Source: Eledone cirrhosa (lineage: Eukaryota). Taken from it: DNA of 64,000 bases. The translations under genes and the position numbers were made by a program. The notes under the pieces were generated by a model. That model saw only the letters and a program-made list of their open reading frames with translations. It did no database searches and had not been told where the DNA came from. This document shows, piece by piece, positions 1-13,326 of this stretch. The stretch covers positions 126,728,001 through 126,792,000 of the forward strand of contig OZ024745.1 in assembly GCA_964016885.1 (NCBI GenBank), read 5' to 3'. How positions within the stretch are numbered: position 1 is the first letter of the stretch; each line of letters begins with the position of its first letter.

Positions 1-78
1 TACCCGAGATTCATGGCTATAGGTAAGGGTTGGCATGAATTCCAAACTGAAGATAGAGAGTTTGGCTTTTACACCTAC

Positions 79-266
79 CTCCCTACTTTTAACATCTCAG
101 GCCGGATTTCATCTTTCCCAGCAGCCTTACCACATTTGAGATCTTTAACTACTCTTGTGATTTCAGCCTCTGAGAGATTAGTCACCACTCTCAGATCATA
201 TTGTGTACATCAGAAGGTGCTGTTGTGACCAGGTTTAAGAGATCAGCAAAGTATTCTATCCGCCTC
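79..266 (-). mobile_element. Degenerate RTE-type LINE ORF2 fragment (just N-terminal of RT)
   Basis: Minus-strand translation gives EYFADLLN...LSEAEITRVVKDLKCGKAAGKDEIRPEML, matching the GKAxGxDxIxPEML motif of LINE ORF2. Confidence 0.75.
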
Positions 267-1954
267 AGAGACTGCACCAATGTGTATAAATATATTCATA
301 TATCTAATATGAAGGCAAGTAAACATGTCAGAAAATATGAACTTCCCTGTAAATTGAGAAAATGATAAACACGCCTTCTCATGAAGATCCAATTAGATCT
401 GAAAAATCGATTAAATACCTTAAGCTATGTTTTTCCAATGCTCTAACAATTTTGCTAACCTTTGTATTGGTAATAGCAAAGTTCTAACAGAAATAATACA
501 TCTGCCAACAAACAATTTTTTTGCTCTTGGTCAGTGCATTATGATATTTATTTGAATTTTTGGCAGTATTATATGTTGAAGTGTTGCTCTTACTGAACAT
601 ATAGAGGTATGATCATCCTATTACAATTTAAAAAACTTAGTAAATAAAGATCTTTGTGACAACTTGTCAAAAACAGAATTAATGCCACAATATCAGTTAT
701 AATATACTGAAATATTCCTATTCATTGAATTATAGTTGTTAAATTGCAAGAAAATATTTTTAATAAATTTTGTTTTTAAATTCTATAGAAAGATATTTTA
801 TGTCTAAAATAGTTGATTCTTACCTTTTTTGCAAGGGTTTGTTCTACTAAAGTCTTTCATTTACATGCAAAGGCCACATTGGCATGAATGAATGAAATAC
901 CAAATTTATATATAGATCATCATCATCACAGTTTAACATCCATTTTTCCATGCTAGTATAGGTTAGAGGAGTTGTCTCACTTGAGACAAGTCTGGTCAGG
1001 TGACCATGTCTTGCTCCTACAGAACTCTTTCTGACTTGGTTTCTATGGCTTGATGCCTTTTCTAACAGCAACCACATTTACACTGGGCACTTTTTGTTAC
1101 GCTGGGCACTTTTTGTTGCCACCAAAACCATTTTATAGTATGGACTGGGCGCTTTTTGTTGTGACACCAAAATGACCACTTTACAGTGTGGACTGGGGGT
1201 TGGCTGAAGGACATGGGTGAAGTGTGGGGTGTTAGGTCATGGGAGGTGCATGGACAGGGGATGTGTGTGTGTGTGTGTGTGGTAGTAAGAATATAAGTAA
1301 ATATCTGAGATTACATAAACTAGATACTAACAATTTTAAAATAGTAAAAGAATTTCTGAATGAAAAAAAAAATGATTGAATTACTGTCAGATACAGTAAG
1401 TCACATTGCAAAGAAACCTTAGACGGTAGATAATTTAATATGATTGCATTTCTATTCTAGGGATAATACATAAAGTTATAAGGCTTCATAAATCAGTCCA
1501 ATAATACTTCCACATCTCCCAAGAGAACAATTCAATATATTGACATAATGGCTGATACTATCCATGATATTTCAGTGAAACAGACTAAAAATTTAAAAAA
1601 ATCAACAACTAATAGTACACTAAACTAGAGTAATAAAACCAGTTAGAATAGTCTTTGTTACAGTTTTTTTCCTTTTGGCTGTTCACGTGAAATTCCTCAT
1701 AAGATGCATTGAAAGGTTCCATAAATTTGGATACTTGAATGAATTGTTAAAACATTTAGTGTCTGGGTACCCCAAACATCAACTTCTTCAACCATAAAAT
1801 AAAAACTAACAGAAACAGCTATTTTCCATATAGTTTGACTGAGGCTAAAACTGTAAAGTGCCTAACATAAGAACACAAAGAGGAGAGTCTCTACAGGGCC
1901 ATAATATTTTAGTCAATAGGATTTATTAATCACTTAGCTACTGCACCACTAAAT

Positions 1955-2320
1955 TTAACACTTCTTCTTTGCCCGTTTATTCCTGAAAGGGTCATGGGGG
2001 CAGAGTTCTAAAAAACTACCTCCAGTGGTCATGTCAGAAGCAACCATCGCCAAATGATCCGGCTGGATGCCCAAGTGTGACCAGCCACGCACATGGATGT
2101 TATCCAACCATCTTGCTTGGGGTCTATCCCTGGGTCTCCTACCCATTTGTTTCACCCATTAAATCTCTCCAGCAATTTTTTCCTGAGACATTCTAACCAC
2201 ATGCCCATAGTATCGGAGCTGTGATCTCTCAATTTGGAGAAGTAGTGGCTCTACCTAGAGTGACTTTCTGATCTCCGAGTGACGCACTTTATCGAGTAAT
2301 GTTACTCCAAAGACCCTTAA
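1955..2320 (-). mobile_element. RTE LINE 3' end fragment
   Basis: ORF 1955-2155 has GRRPRDRPQARWLD; upstream LRYYGHVVRM; GAAGAA tail; same family as 55856-56270 and 57945-58298. Confidence 0.8.
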
Positions 2321-2639
2321 CACATAAAATCTAAATTTTGCATCGTGTAGATATTCAATATAATAAGATAAAGAAATTTAATTCATTTATCCTGATAACA
2401 TTTTTTTAATATATATTAGATACATCATCATCACCATCTACATCTACTACAGATTGCATCTTATCATGACACCAACATCAGGGAAGTTGTCATGCCTTTG
2501 GCATAGCTGAATAGTCTTCTCGACACTTTGACAGGTTTTCTATGGCTGGATCCCCTTCCTATCACCAATCACTTTACTAAGTGTACTGGGTAGTTGTTTA
2601 TCATGTAGATCACCAACACTAGGGAGGTTGTCATGCTTA

Positions 2640-3060
2640 TGGCACAACTAAGAGTTCTCACAACTCGTTTGACATGGCTTCAAAAATTTGGAATTAGATT
2701 TCATCACTTCTGCCCAAGTCTTTCTTGGTGTTCCTTCACTACAACTTCCTTCCACAGGGATTTCTTGGCACTTCTTCACCCAATAATCATCATGTTCACC
2801 ACCAGCAGTTTTCTTTCTTGCGCACTATATCTGATTCCTCTTACACACAGTTTTTCATTGAGTTCATCCATATTCGTCATTCACACACATTAATATTGCT
2901 CATCCATCAACACATTCCTCTCCAGCCTCCATATATCCTCTGCATTCCCTGCCCATGTCTTAATACCATACAACATTGCACATCATACAGCAGGTGTTTC
3001 GTTTATCGAGAGAAACATTTTGCTGTCAACATAAAAAATAGCTCCCTGAAATTTTCACAT
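2640..3060 (-). mobile_element. Degenerate RTE/BovB-like LINE 3' fragment
   Basis: Nucleotide similarity by eye to the LINE 3' regions at 23580-24510 and 39400-39850. Confidence 0.6.
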
Positions 3061-3975
3061 CCTGACTGTTAAATTGTCCTTGCCCCTAGTTGAAGGATAT
3101 CAATAATTCTATTATAAAAAACATGCTGAAAGAATTAAATTTCTCTTTTTTCTAATGTTTTTTACTCTGCATAGACAAAGTCCACTGTGATCCCTGAAAC
3201 AGGGCCCGAGAAATAAACATAAAAAAAAAGATTCAAAAGATCAACAGAAATTAGCTATGAATGAGTTCTTCTTATACACTTCAATATGAATAGCAGTAAA
3301 GATAAATAATAAGGAAGCATGCAATTTAATTCACTTTGAATGCAGCTGTCAAGTATAATAAGCAGTAAATAAGAAAATTATTCACAGTTCCAAAATAATA
3401 AAGTAAAACAAAATTTTTGTTATGTTTGAGTGGAAAATATTTTGCAGAACCTGTTTTATTATTGAGTACAGCTGGCTTCATGACACATCGGAGCATAACG
3501 CATTCTTCCTAATTCAATTGCTTAGGTCAAATAATAATTACATACACAAAAATTATCAATTGTTTTCAGTTGTTTATTTTAGTTGAGTTGAGATAAATTT
3601 AAAGATTCATTTTCATGAACATAAAATATCAAAACAAGAGGCAACATTGATACACTTGTCTTTGAGAAACAATTCTTAGTTGGAACTGAAAGCAAATTAT
3701 GGAGTATGGTAAAAACATTGGATATTAGCAAAAAGATATTTAGAAAAAAAACTACAATAATTATACATCATCATCATCATCACCATTTAATGTCTATTTT
3801 CCCATGCTTGCATGAGTAAGACGATTTGTCATGTTATGACACAATTCAGGTCAGGTGACCATGTCTGGCAGATATGGATATGTATTTTGGCTTGGTTTCT
3901 ATGGCTGGATGCCCTTCCAAACGGCAACCACATTACAGTGTGGACTAGGTGCTTTTTCAGGTCACCAACATGATC

Positions 3976-4039
<64 letters not shown>

Positions 4040-4345
4040 GTATATATGTATGTATATATATATATATATATATGTGTATATAATGTATGTATATATATAT
4101 ATATATAGTATAAAAAAAAAAAACGAAAAATCAGTGATTCATCTGGACTCTGTTTATTGCATGTTACAATTGTTTTGCCGGCAGGTAGCTCAAGACATGA
4201 TCACTGCATGGATCTGGCTGATTCTACGGCTGCAGGTTCCTTCGGACACATGCAATTCGTTCGGAGCAAATTTTCTCACTGGGGTGTTATCATCAAAAAA
4301 CACCTTCAAAAAACATCTTCCACTCTTGTCATGCCATTGGCTGTT

Positions 4346-4537
4346 AATTGTTTCTACTTTTTGGCACAAGGCCAGCAATTACTCAGTGTATTACTGGTAC
4401 TTTATTTTATCGACCCCGTAAGGATGAAAGGCAAAGTTAACCTCGGCGGGATTTGAACTCAGATCATAAAGGGACGTAACTCTATGCTTCAAAGCATGGT
4501 GTCCGACTCTCTACCGATACTGCCAATCCACCGCCCT
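4346..4537 (-). mobile_element. SINE family A (tRNA-derived head, Nin/Deu-like central domain)
   Basis: Reverse complement of the full copy at 50918-51109. Confidence 0.85.
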
Positions 4538-5003
4538 CTTATATATATCTTATACTACATAATGCTAATACAACACCACCTTATAATTTGTCACAAGTGC
4601 CTCAATGGAGATGGATTGAGTTGAAGTAGTTGCCACTGTAATAGCAGTAGAAAAGGTAGAGAGAGGAAAGAGTATGTTTGTAGACCAGAGTGACTTCATA
4701 ATAATCAGTCAGGTTAGTATTTCTGGATGCATTCAAGAACACCCTCTATGTGTAACAATATCACTGTCCTAGATGTGGGAGAAGTATTTCATTGTGGATC
4801 TCTCAATGTGAGTTTTGTAGAGATTATTAATAGGTAAGACAAAAGGAATTTCTAGTCCTGAAGAGGAAGGGTAGTTGTAATGTTGTCAAGCATGCATCCA
4901 TCATGTCAAATTATGAAGAATCTGTGACCTTGTTTCTAGTTTAACTAAAAGCAGAGACAACTGAAGAAAGGCAATTTTTGCTGTACCACATTTATAAACC
5001 CAT

Positions 5004-5192
5004 TGGTGGATTGGCAGTATCAGTAGAGGGTCAGACGCCATGCTTTGACGCATAGAGTTATGGCCCTCGCCATTCTGAGTTCAAATCCCGCCGAGGTTAA
5101 CTTTGCTTTTCATCCTTATGGGGTCGATAAAATAAAGTACCAGTAATACACTGGATAATTGCTGGCCTTGTGCCAAAAGTAGAAACAATTAT
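5004..5192 (+). mobile_element. SINE family A
   Basis: TGGCAGTATC A-box-like and GAGTTCAAATCC B-box; TTTCATCCTTATGGGGTCGATAAAATAAAGTACCAG core. Confidence 0.85.
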
Positions 5193-5289
5193 TAGCTAGT
5201 GGTTAATTATATTTTAACAATCATGAAAATAGCAACAATAACAATGATTCGAGTACCGAAGTGAAGAGGAGAAAGATAAAAAAACAAAC

Positions 5290-5487
5290 AAATTGTTTCT
5301 ACTTTTGGCACAATGCCAGCAATTACCCCAGTGCATTAGTGGCACTTTATTTTATCGACCCTGTAAGGATGAAAGGCAAAGTTAACCTCGGCAGGATTTG
5401 AACTCAGATCATAAAGGGCCATAACTCTATGCTGCAAAGCATTGTGTCTGACACTCTACCGATACCGAGCCCTAAATCCACTGCCAT
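5290..5487 (-). mobile_element. SINE family A, inverted relative to the copy at 5004
   Basis: Reverse complement of the family consensus. Confidence 0.85.
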
Positions 5488-6417
5488 GAAATAAACAGTG
5501 TGTGGTCTATACTTTTTTACACCAGTATCCAGTTATTCTTTCAAAGCTATTTAGGATGTTTTCAGCTGTTTTGTGTTCACTACGTGAAAATTGTTAGTAA
5601 GCATGTAAATATTCCTATTATAGAATTGATAACTCAAGTGATGTTAGTGCGTCCTGGTCAGAATGCCCAATCCCCACCCCCTCCCAAACTGCAATGTTTA
5701 TTGCTGAAACATTCTATCTTGAAATGATTGAAGAGTTGTTTCATTTCATAAATGTTATTGCACACTCCTATCTCTCCAGCACCCCAAAAAGAAGAATTAA
5801 TACATAAATGAAAAGAAAGATATAATTTCTTTCACTTTTTTCCCTCCTAATTTAGAAAGCAACAAACAAATTATTATTTATGATGAGATCAGTTTGTCCT
5901 ATATCCTACTCATGGAAAATGAACATTAAACGATGATAATGACAGACATCCTACTCCACACCCTCAGAAAAATCACAAATAAGCAAAAATAATTAAGCAA
6001 ACACAATTTCTTATATACAATGTATGTATAGACCCGTAACTCCCGAGGAACTCATAGGGACGCCATATTGACATAGTGTTTCTAGGGCATTTTTAAACTT
6101 GGTGGAGCCCATTTCTGCAGGTCTGAATACAGATATAAATTTCTTCCAGAGAAAAATAAAGAGGTGAAAGAAAAGAAGTGAAAAAGAGATATAGAGGAAG
6201 AATTGACCTCAGTACTAGACTGGTACTTGACCTCAGTAAGATTTGAACTCAGGACCGTGACAAGTGGAGAGATGCTTGTGCTGAATAGGACCCATCCAAC
6301 CCTTGCAAGCAGGGAAAAGTGGGCGTAAAATTATGATGATAGATGATGATGATATACATTTTATATATATATACATTATATATATATATATATATACACA
6401 TATATTATATATATATT

Positions 6418-6605
6418 GTGGGTTGGCAGTATCGGTAGCGTGTCGGACGCCATGCTTTGACGCATAGAGTTACGGCCCTTGCCATTCTGAGTTCAAATCC
6501 CACTGAGGTTAACTTTGCCTTTCATCCTTACGGGGGTCGATAAAATAAAGTACCACTAATACACTGGGTAATTGCTGGCCTTGTGCCAAAAGTAGAAACA
6601 ATTAT
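6418..6605 (+). mobile_element. SINE family A
   Basis: Same consensus as 50918-51109. Confidence 0.85.
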
Positions 6606-6611
6606 ATATAT

Positions 6612-6888
6612 AGCTCAAGCCGTTATGGTCCATTTGGTTCCTTACCACGATTCCTTCGTTATATATATACATTATATATATATAAACATTATATATATAT
6701 ATATAAAACGAAGGAAGAGTGGTAAGGAACCAGATGGACCATAACGCACCAGAGTACTCAATACTTAGAGTAGTAGAGTGGGTAATGGGAAAATGTTTGA
6801 CCCCGACGGCAGAGCTCAAGCCGTTTCGGCGGCTATTTCTGGACCGTTGAAACAGCTTGAGCTCTGCCGTCGGGGTCAAACATTTTCC
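6612..6888. mobile_element. Penelope/retrozyme-like palindromic element carrying hammerhead 3' halves, embedded in (TA)n
   Basis: Inverted repeat 6788-6888; arms read GAAACGGC-ttgagctct-GCCGTC-ggggtca (one substitution in the right arm); second inverted pair ~6620-6660 vs 6707-6746. Confidence 0.65.
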
Positions 6889-6903
6889 TATATATATATA
6901 TAC

Positions 6904-6940
<37 letters not shown>

Positions 6941-6969
6941 TATATCTATATACATTATATCTATATACA

Positions 6970-7050
<81 letters not shown>

Positions 7051-7078
7051 TACACACACATTATATCTATATATATAT

Positions 7079-7302
7079 ATATTTATTAAAATAACAGATT
7101 AAAGTTTAAGCAAAGAATCGCTGCTTTCACCCTTAACGGGATCTTCTGAAGATCCCGTTAAGGGTGAAAGCAGCGATTCTTTGCTTAAACTTTAATCTGT
7201 TATTTTAATAAATATTTGCTCTACGGTTCTTATATATTTGATATATATTTATCTTTATCGAGCCCTCTTTGGATTTTAGTCTTCAAATTTATTATTATTA
7301 CT
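7079..7302 (+). mobile_element. Palindromic element: perfect 68-bp arms (7079-7215) centred on a hammerhead core, with a 3' tail running into (TA)n
   Basis: Exact inverted repeat about T7147; CTGAAGA 7146-7152, GAAA 7166-7169. Confidence 0.75.
7144..7190 (+). ncRNA. Type I hammerhead ribozyme motif with stem I 5' strand truncated
   Basis: CUGAAGA-U-CCC-GUUAA-GGG-U-GAA-AGCA...UGCU-U; predicted CUU cleavage after 7186; only 2 bp of stem I remain. Confidence 0.55.
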
Positions 7303-7320
7303 ATATATATATATATATAT

Positions 7321-7603
7321 ATTGGCCTTGCAATCGAAAGGTGATGTGTTGTTTCCTTGAGCAAGACACTTTATTTCACATTGCTCCAGTTTACTCAGCT
7401 GTAGAAATGAGATGATAGGGACTGGGGTCCCTATCATTCTACTGCAAAGTGGTCGTGGAGGTGCCACGGCAAAAAAGCACCCAGCACTCACTGTAAATGA
7501 GGTCGGTGTTAGGAAGGGCATCCAGCTGTAGAAATCAAGGCAGAATCAGTTCTCGTCCCACCCTTGCAAGCAGGGAAAAGCGGACATAAAGTGATGATGA
7601 TGA
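7321..7603 (+). mobile_element. SINE family B (CORE/Meta-like domain, RTE-derived (TGA)n tail), 5'-truncated
   Basis: Near-identical to 35599-35938 and 61446-61762. Confidence 0.85.
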
Positions 7604-7756
7604 TATATATAATAAGGAGTTGATGGACACAGCATATTTATCAATGCCAGGACCGGTTGTATCTCAGAGTACTCAATAAGCAATGTAAGATACATTCCCA
7701 GACTATACATAGTTATTTGTTTCAATACAACACACGTAAAACAGGTGCCTATAATA

Positions 7757-7874
7757 GTTCCCAGACTCGAGTTTCGGCCACACTTAACGCAGCAGTAGGG
7801 TGCACTGCACCCTCTGTCTGCATATATTATGCAAGAATGCATAATCGGCATATGTGGCTTCATCAGCAGGTATC
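7757..7874 (-). ncRNA. Type I hammerhead ribozyme with large branched stem II
   Basis: Minus strand: CCUG-CUGAUGA-A-GCCACA-[70 nt, two hairpins]-UGUGGC-C-GAA-AC-UCGA-GU-C-UGGG; core 7860-7866, GAAA 7772-7775, GUC 7764-7766; stem I is short (4 bp, two GU). Confidence 0.8.
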
Positions 7875-7983
7875 GCCTAATCAATAACCAATCGATCAAC
7901 AGAATCTAAACCCCAGCCCATGCCGGCTATGATTGTTTGTGATGGCTGACAGAATGAAAGGCTATGTTGTAATTTGAACTCAG

Positions 7984-8038
<55 letters not shown>

Positions 8039-8190
8039 GTTTCTAAATTTCTCCTTTGTTATTCTGAGTTCAAATTACAACATAGCCTTTCTTTCCTGTT
8101 TGGTTAATAAAATAAGTTTTATTAATATACAGATATTTCTACACTATTTCTCACAAAAATTGATTTTCTCACTATGTAATAAATCAGTAT

Positions 8191-8419
8191 TTAACCCTTT
8201 AACATTTACATTAATCTATATATACTATTGTATTTTTATGATAAAGGCTTTACCTCATATAATTATGTCACATAATATTGAATCCATAAGATTTTGATAT
8301 TATCTATTTTGAGAATAATACCTTAACATAAGTGTGTTTGGCAAGTTACGGCTCGTTTGAACAGAAAGAGGTGAGAGAATTCTGCCCGGATATGGCCAGT
8401 TTAAATGCTAAAGGGTTAA
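8191..8419. mobile_element. TTAA-flanked piggyBac-like MITE (~225 bp)
   Basis: TTAA-CCCTTTA(G/A)CATT...AATGCTAAAGGG-TTAA; other copies at about 8937-9157, 13923-14150, 21213-21416, 21821-22049, 27864-28090, 28930-29136, 54077-54282. Confidence 0.85.
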
Positions 8420-8936
8420 ACTGAAAAGAACAATAGAGATGACTGGTACAGAAGCATATTGAACTTGAAGCATGCCAGTTGAATCACTGCTTATTGTAAA
8501 TAAATTTTTTTAAAATACAAACTCTTCTCTTATAAATGTTAACTTTGTACTCGGCCATAGAAATTAAACAAAGTTAGTAAAATTTTATGTAAAATGTAAC
8601 ACATTGTTTAAATGCTTCATAGGATCTAGTTCATATATCTTACTTTCTGAATTTAAAACTACATTATGGCAATAAAATAAGTAACAGTAATATACTAGGC
8701 TAATCACTTCAAGTGACCATTAAAAAAAAAAAGAAAGTTAGAGAAAGAGAGCGAGAAACAGATAGATAGGCAAACAGACAAATGGATAGACAGATAAGCA
8801 GATGGACAAACAGAGAAAATAAAAGAAAAAGATTGTAGTAAGATACCACTTTTCCACAAAACCAAATTTTGCTTTGCTTCAATGGGATATTCACATCAAC
8901 ACTAAATAACGTTCTTAAATGGTTATAAGACCTACC

Positions 8937-9157
8937 TTAACCCTTTAGCATTGAAACCAGCCATATCTGGCCAGCATTCTCTCACCTTTCTGTTCAAACT
9001 AGCCATAACTAGCTCATTCTGATGTTAAGCTATTGTTCTCAAAATATATAATATCAAAATCTCATAGATTTGATATTATGTGAAATATTATTTGAGATAA
9101 AGCCTTTATTATAGTATATATAGTATATATAGAGTAATGTAAATGCTAAAGGGTTAA
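8937..9157. mobile_element. TTAA-flanked piggyBac-like MITE, opposite orientation to 8191
   Basis: Same TIRs, TTAA on both sides. Confidence 0.85.
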
Positions 9158-9864
9158 TTGGGTACAATATAATGAGTATAAAATAGTTTCTAATTTAGAC
9201 ACAAGGCTAGTAATTTGTGGTGGTGGTGGGGGGGGGGGTCGATGAAATTGAATCAATTCATGACTGGTGCTTCATTTTATCAACCTTGAAAGGATGAAAT
9301 ATAAAGTTGACTTCTGTGGGATTTGATCCCAGAACGTAAAGAGCATTAAATGAGTATATAATGTAAACAAAATTTGTTTTTTCTTGGATGCAACAAATGT
9401 TAAAACATTTCATTAAATCTATAACATTAAACATTAAATAAAATACAGTTGATATGAAATGGAGCATGATAACATATCTTACATAAATGTGCAGGGATAT
9501 CTTCAGCTAGGTTCATTTCATTTCACTATGTTTCCTGTATTTTTTCTCTTTCGATTTGTGTTCTTGCTTAGTGAAAAAATAATTTCTCCAAAGCTAATAA
9601 TATAAGTATTTTCGCCATTTATGTAATGCTAAGCTTAGCCTAGCAACCATACATTGAATTTCTCTACATGTGTGCATACATGAACTTCTTTATATTCTGG
9701 TTTTTATTTTCATTTTTAATATCAATCCATGCAACTCTTAATTCTTTATAATAATGACATAAATAATAGGGAGAAAGAGGTGGTGTTAAATAAAGAAAGA
9801 AAAACAAAAGCAATGGTTTGTTCTATTAAATTCTTTTATTTCCCTTTTATTTGTATCTGATGCC

Positions 9865-10210
9865 AGCTCACACTCTCTTTCACACACACTATCTCTCTCT
9901 TCCTCTCACACATACCATCTCTCTCTTTCTCTCTTGCACACACACACACAATCGCTCTCTTTCTCTCTTGCACACACACACACACACACACACAATCTCT
10001 CTCTTCCTCTCTTCTGCACACATACACACACATACTATCTCGCTTTTTCTCTCTCCCTCTTGCACACACAATCTCTCTCTTCCTTTCTCTCCCATACAGA
10101 CACATACTATCTCTCTCTCTCTCTTGTACATATATACTCTCTTCCTCTCACTCTCTTTATCTATCTATCTATCTATCTATCTGTTTGTTTATCTGTCTAT
10201 CTATCTCTAT
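9865..10210. repeat. Compound (CT)n/(CA)n/(TATC)n microsatellite
   Basis: Direct inspection. Confidence 0.9.
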
Positions 10211-10510
10211 AACAATCTATCAGTTCTTTTTCAGTCAGTTACTTTTATCCAATGAGTTTGTCTTCTGGTACTATCTTGGTACTTATACATTAAACTGCTG
10301 TGTATCTAGTTTCCTTACTTTGCATTGATTTGCATCAAAACTCCAGAACCACCCATCTGATATGAACAGAAAGACAAACAACTACAATAAAAGAATAGAT
10401 CGTTAAAAAGAAAAAAAGTTCAACGGCCATTTTGGTCTCCTTCAAATATACAACCTACACCATACTACAATCTAAAACAAGGGAAAAGTGTTATGCACAC
10501 ACACAAAGAC

Positions 10511-10541
<31 letters not shown>

Positions 10542-11100
10542 CACACAATATATATATGCACACATACATACATATATATATACACATACATGTATATATA
10601 TATATACATGTCCCACCCTTGCAAGCAGGGAAAAGCGGACGTAAAATGATGATGATGATGATGTATGCATGTATGTATATTTATGTATATACATATATGT
10701 ATATATATATATATATATATACATAAATATATATACATACAAACATACATATGTATAGACACACACACACATGTATCAGGTATCAGCCAAAAAACAAAAA
10801 AGTTTCCAGTTCAGTGAAGACTGCATAACTTTAAAAGTACCTGATATTTTAAACATTCAGTTGACATGATTCTAAAAACATCTACTACTTACTCTTGTTA
10901 AATAATCAATAAAGTTCCTTATACAGACACAACTACGATATAGAGCAATTATTTACTATCAACTAATCTTTATTCTCCTTTCCCTACAGCTTCTTTCAAT
11001 TGTCATTAGTTACAATGGTTTTCAGCATTTTATTTGTTCCTATGTGTTGTATGCAAGATTAGAGTAGAAGTAGCGATTCAGATGTAAGGGTGTTAGAAAT

Positions 11101-12392
11101 AATTGTTTCTATTTTTGGCACAAGGCCAGCATTTACCCAGTGCATTACAGGTACTTTATTTTATCGACCCCGTAAGGATGAAAGGCAAAGTTAACCTCGA
11201 CGGGATTTGAACTCAGATCGTAAAGGGACGTAACTATGCTGGAAAGCATGGCGTCCGACCTTCTACCGATACTGCCAAATCACACCAATAACAATAATGA
11301 TTTCTAATTTAGGCACAAGGCCAACAAATTTGAGGAAGGAGAGAGTCGATTAAATCGACCCCAGTGCACGGCTGGTACTTTATTCTATTGGCCCCATAAG
11401 GAAGAAAGGCAAAGCTAACTTGGCAGGTTTTGAATTCAGAACGTAAAGGGACATAACTCTATGTCACAAAGCATGTCTGATGCTCTCCAGATATTGCCAA
11501 TCCACAACCTTTACAACAACAACAATACTAATAATGTAGAAAATAGGGCATTAAATATTAAAAAGAAGCAAACTAGACCTCCCTCTTATAATAATAATAA
11601 TTGTTTCTACTTTTGGCACAAGGCCAATAATTACCCCAGTGCATTACTGGTGCTTTATTTTATCGTCCCAGTAAGGATGAAAGGCAAAGTTAACCTCGGC
11701 AGGATTTGCTGCAAAGTTAACCTCGGCAGGATTTGCTGCAAAGTATGGTGTCTGATGCTCTACAAATATTGCCAATCCACCGCCCATAATAATAATAATG
11801 ACTTCTTTATTGGCCATTAACCTCACCAAAGCAAACAAAGAAATATATGTGAAATAGTTTTCTATTTTGTTATAATTAATATTTTAATCGACTGTCAATT
11901 TGTAACCCTTTTATTGCCATATTTCTAATAAAAAGACACAGCCTATGATTTTCAAATAAATTTGAAAATAATCAAGAATTTAATGAGATTTAGTAATATA
12001 ACTAACTTTCTCATTAAGGTGGTGTTTAGAACATAATCTAACAAATGTTCTTACATGAAATTATGGTAGAAAGTTTTTTGATTAATAGAAACACTTAAAA
12101 ATAAACATAGATCTAAAGGTAGTTTCGGGTGGTAGAGTGTCAAAAGGGTTAAACAAAAGAATTAAACTAATCTGATAAATATGAATAAAATTAAAGGTAT
12201 AATAATTGATTCTACTTTTGGCACAAAGCCAGCAATTACCCCAGGGCATCACTGGTGCTTTATTTTATCGACCCCATAAGGATGAAAGGCAAAGCTAATG
12301 CCGGTGGGATTTGAACTCAGAACGTAAAGGACATAACTATGCTGCAAAGCATGGTGTCTGGCACTCTACTGATACTGCCAATCTGCTGCCCT
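11101..12392 (-). mobile_element. Cluster of four SINE family A copies plus a longer TTAA-ended MITE (~11904-12152)
   Basis: Copies at about 11101-11280, 11300-11505, 11598-11785 (with a short internal duplication) and 12203-12392. Confidence 0.75.
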
Positions 12393-13326
12393 TAAATTAA
12401 TGATATAATAATGAATAATATACTTAATGTATTTTAGTTATTTAATCATGAATGTTTTATTGTGCTTTACAGGTAAACAAAACTATTGGTATAGTAATAA
12501 AGTCATACTAGAGATATTAAAACCAGCTATTCAATACTCTCTCTTTAATATTATAACTAGGTATAGTATTCTTAAGACAACCTGATACCATATTCCTTCA
12601 ACTATTACATGTTACTACGAATATGCCAAACATTTAAAATTTCTGAATACTTTTCTACTATGGTTCAATTTTGCAAATATATATCCATTTCACCATATCC
12701 CCGTGTGTTGCAAGAAGCAACTAAAAGGGGTTTGTATCAGGAAGGGCATCTGACTGTAAAATATTGCCTCAAACAGTCCCGTCCAATCCATGTCAGCATG
12801 GAGAAGTCAATGTAAAAATGATGATGATGATACTAATGATGATGGTGGTAATGATGATGGTAACGATGATGATGATCTAGCCTGAGATTTTTTTCTGAAG
12901 AGTTTATATCACTTAATGAAATGTCTTCAACAGCTTAAAAGGATTAACTAACTGACAAGAAGATTTGCAGTGAATATACTTAACTATAGTATATTAAAAG
13001 TGCTGCTATGAACGTGAAGAGTTAATTAAGCTGACAATTATGTTATAATTTAAGGCTTAACTGTTAAACATCACCAATTGATATTCCAATAAAAAGAATA
13101 ATAATTAAGAAATAAAATGAACAAATATTATTATGGAATATTTTAACAATTATATTCAACCTGCCCCAAGCATGGCTGTAGTTTAAGGAATTCACTTCAC
13201 AACCACACATTCTGGGTTCAGTCCCACAGCTCAGTACATTGAGCAAATGTCTTCTACTATAGGCTTTGGTGGATTAATGCTTTGTGATTGGATTTTGGTA
13301 GATGAAAACAGCAGAAGCTTACCAGA

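Noticed and set aside
10314-10360. Minus-strand AG...GTAAG mini-exon as a candidate EXT2 exon
   Set aside because: It has an in-frame stop in the required phase and no EXT2 similarity.
12696-12722. Plus-strand peptide YPRVLQEAT resembling EXT2 YPQVLQEAT
   Set aside because: It is on the wrong strand for the gene, has no flanking similarity or splice signals, and runs into SINE sequence; treated as chance.
12890-12935. CTGAAGA...GAAA spacing
   Set aside because: Stems I-III do not pair convincingly.
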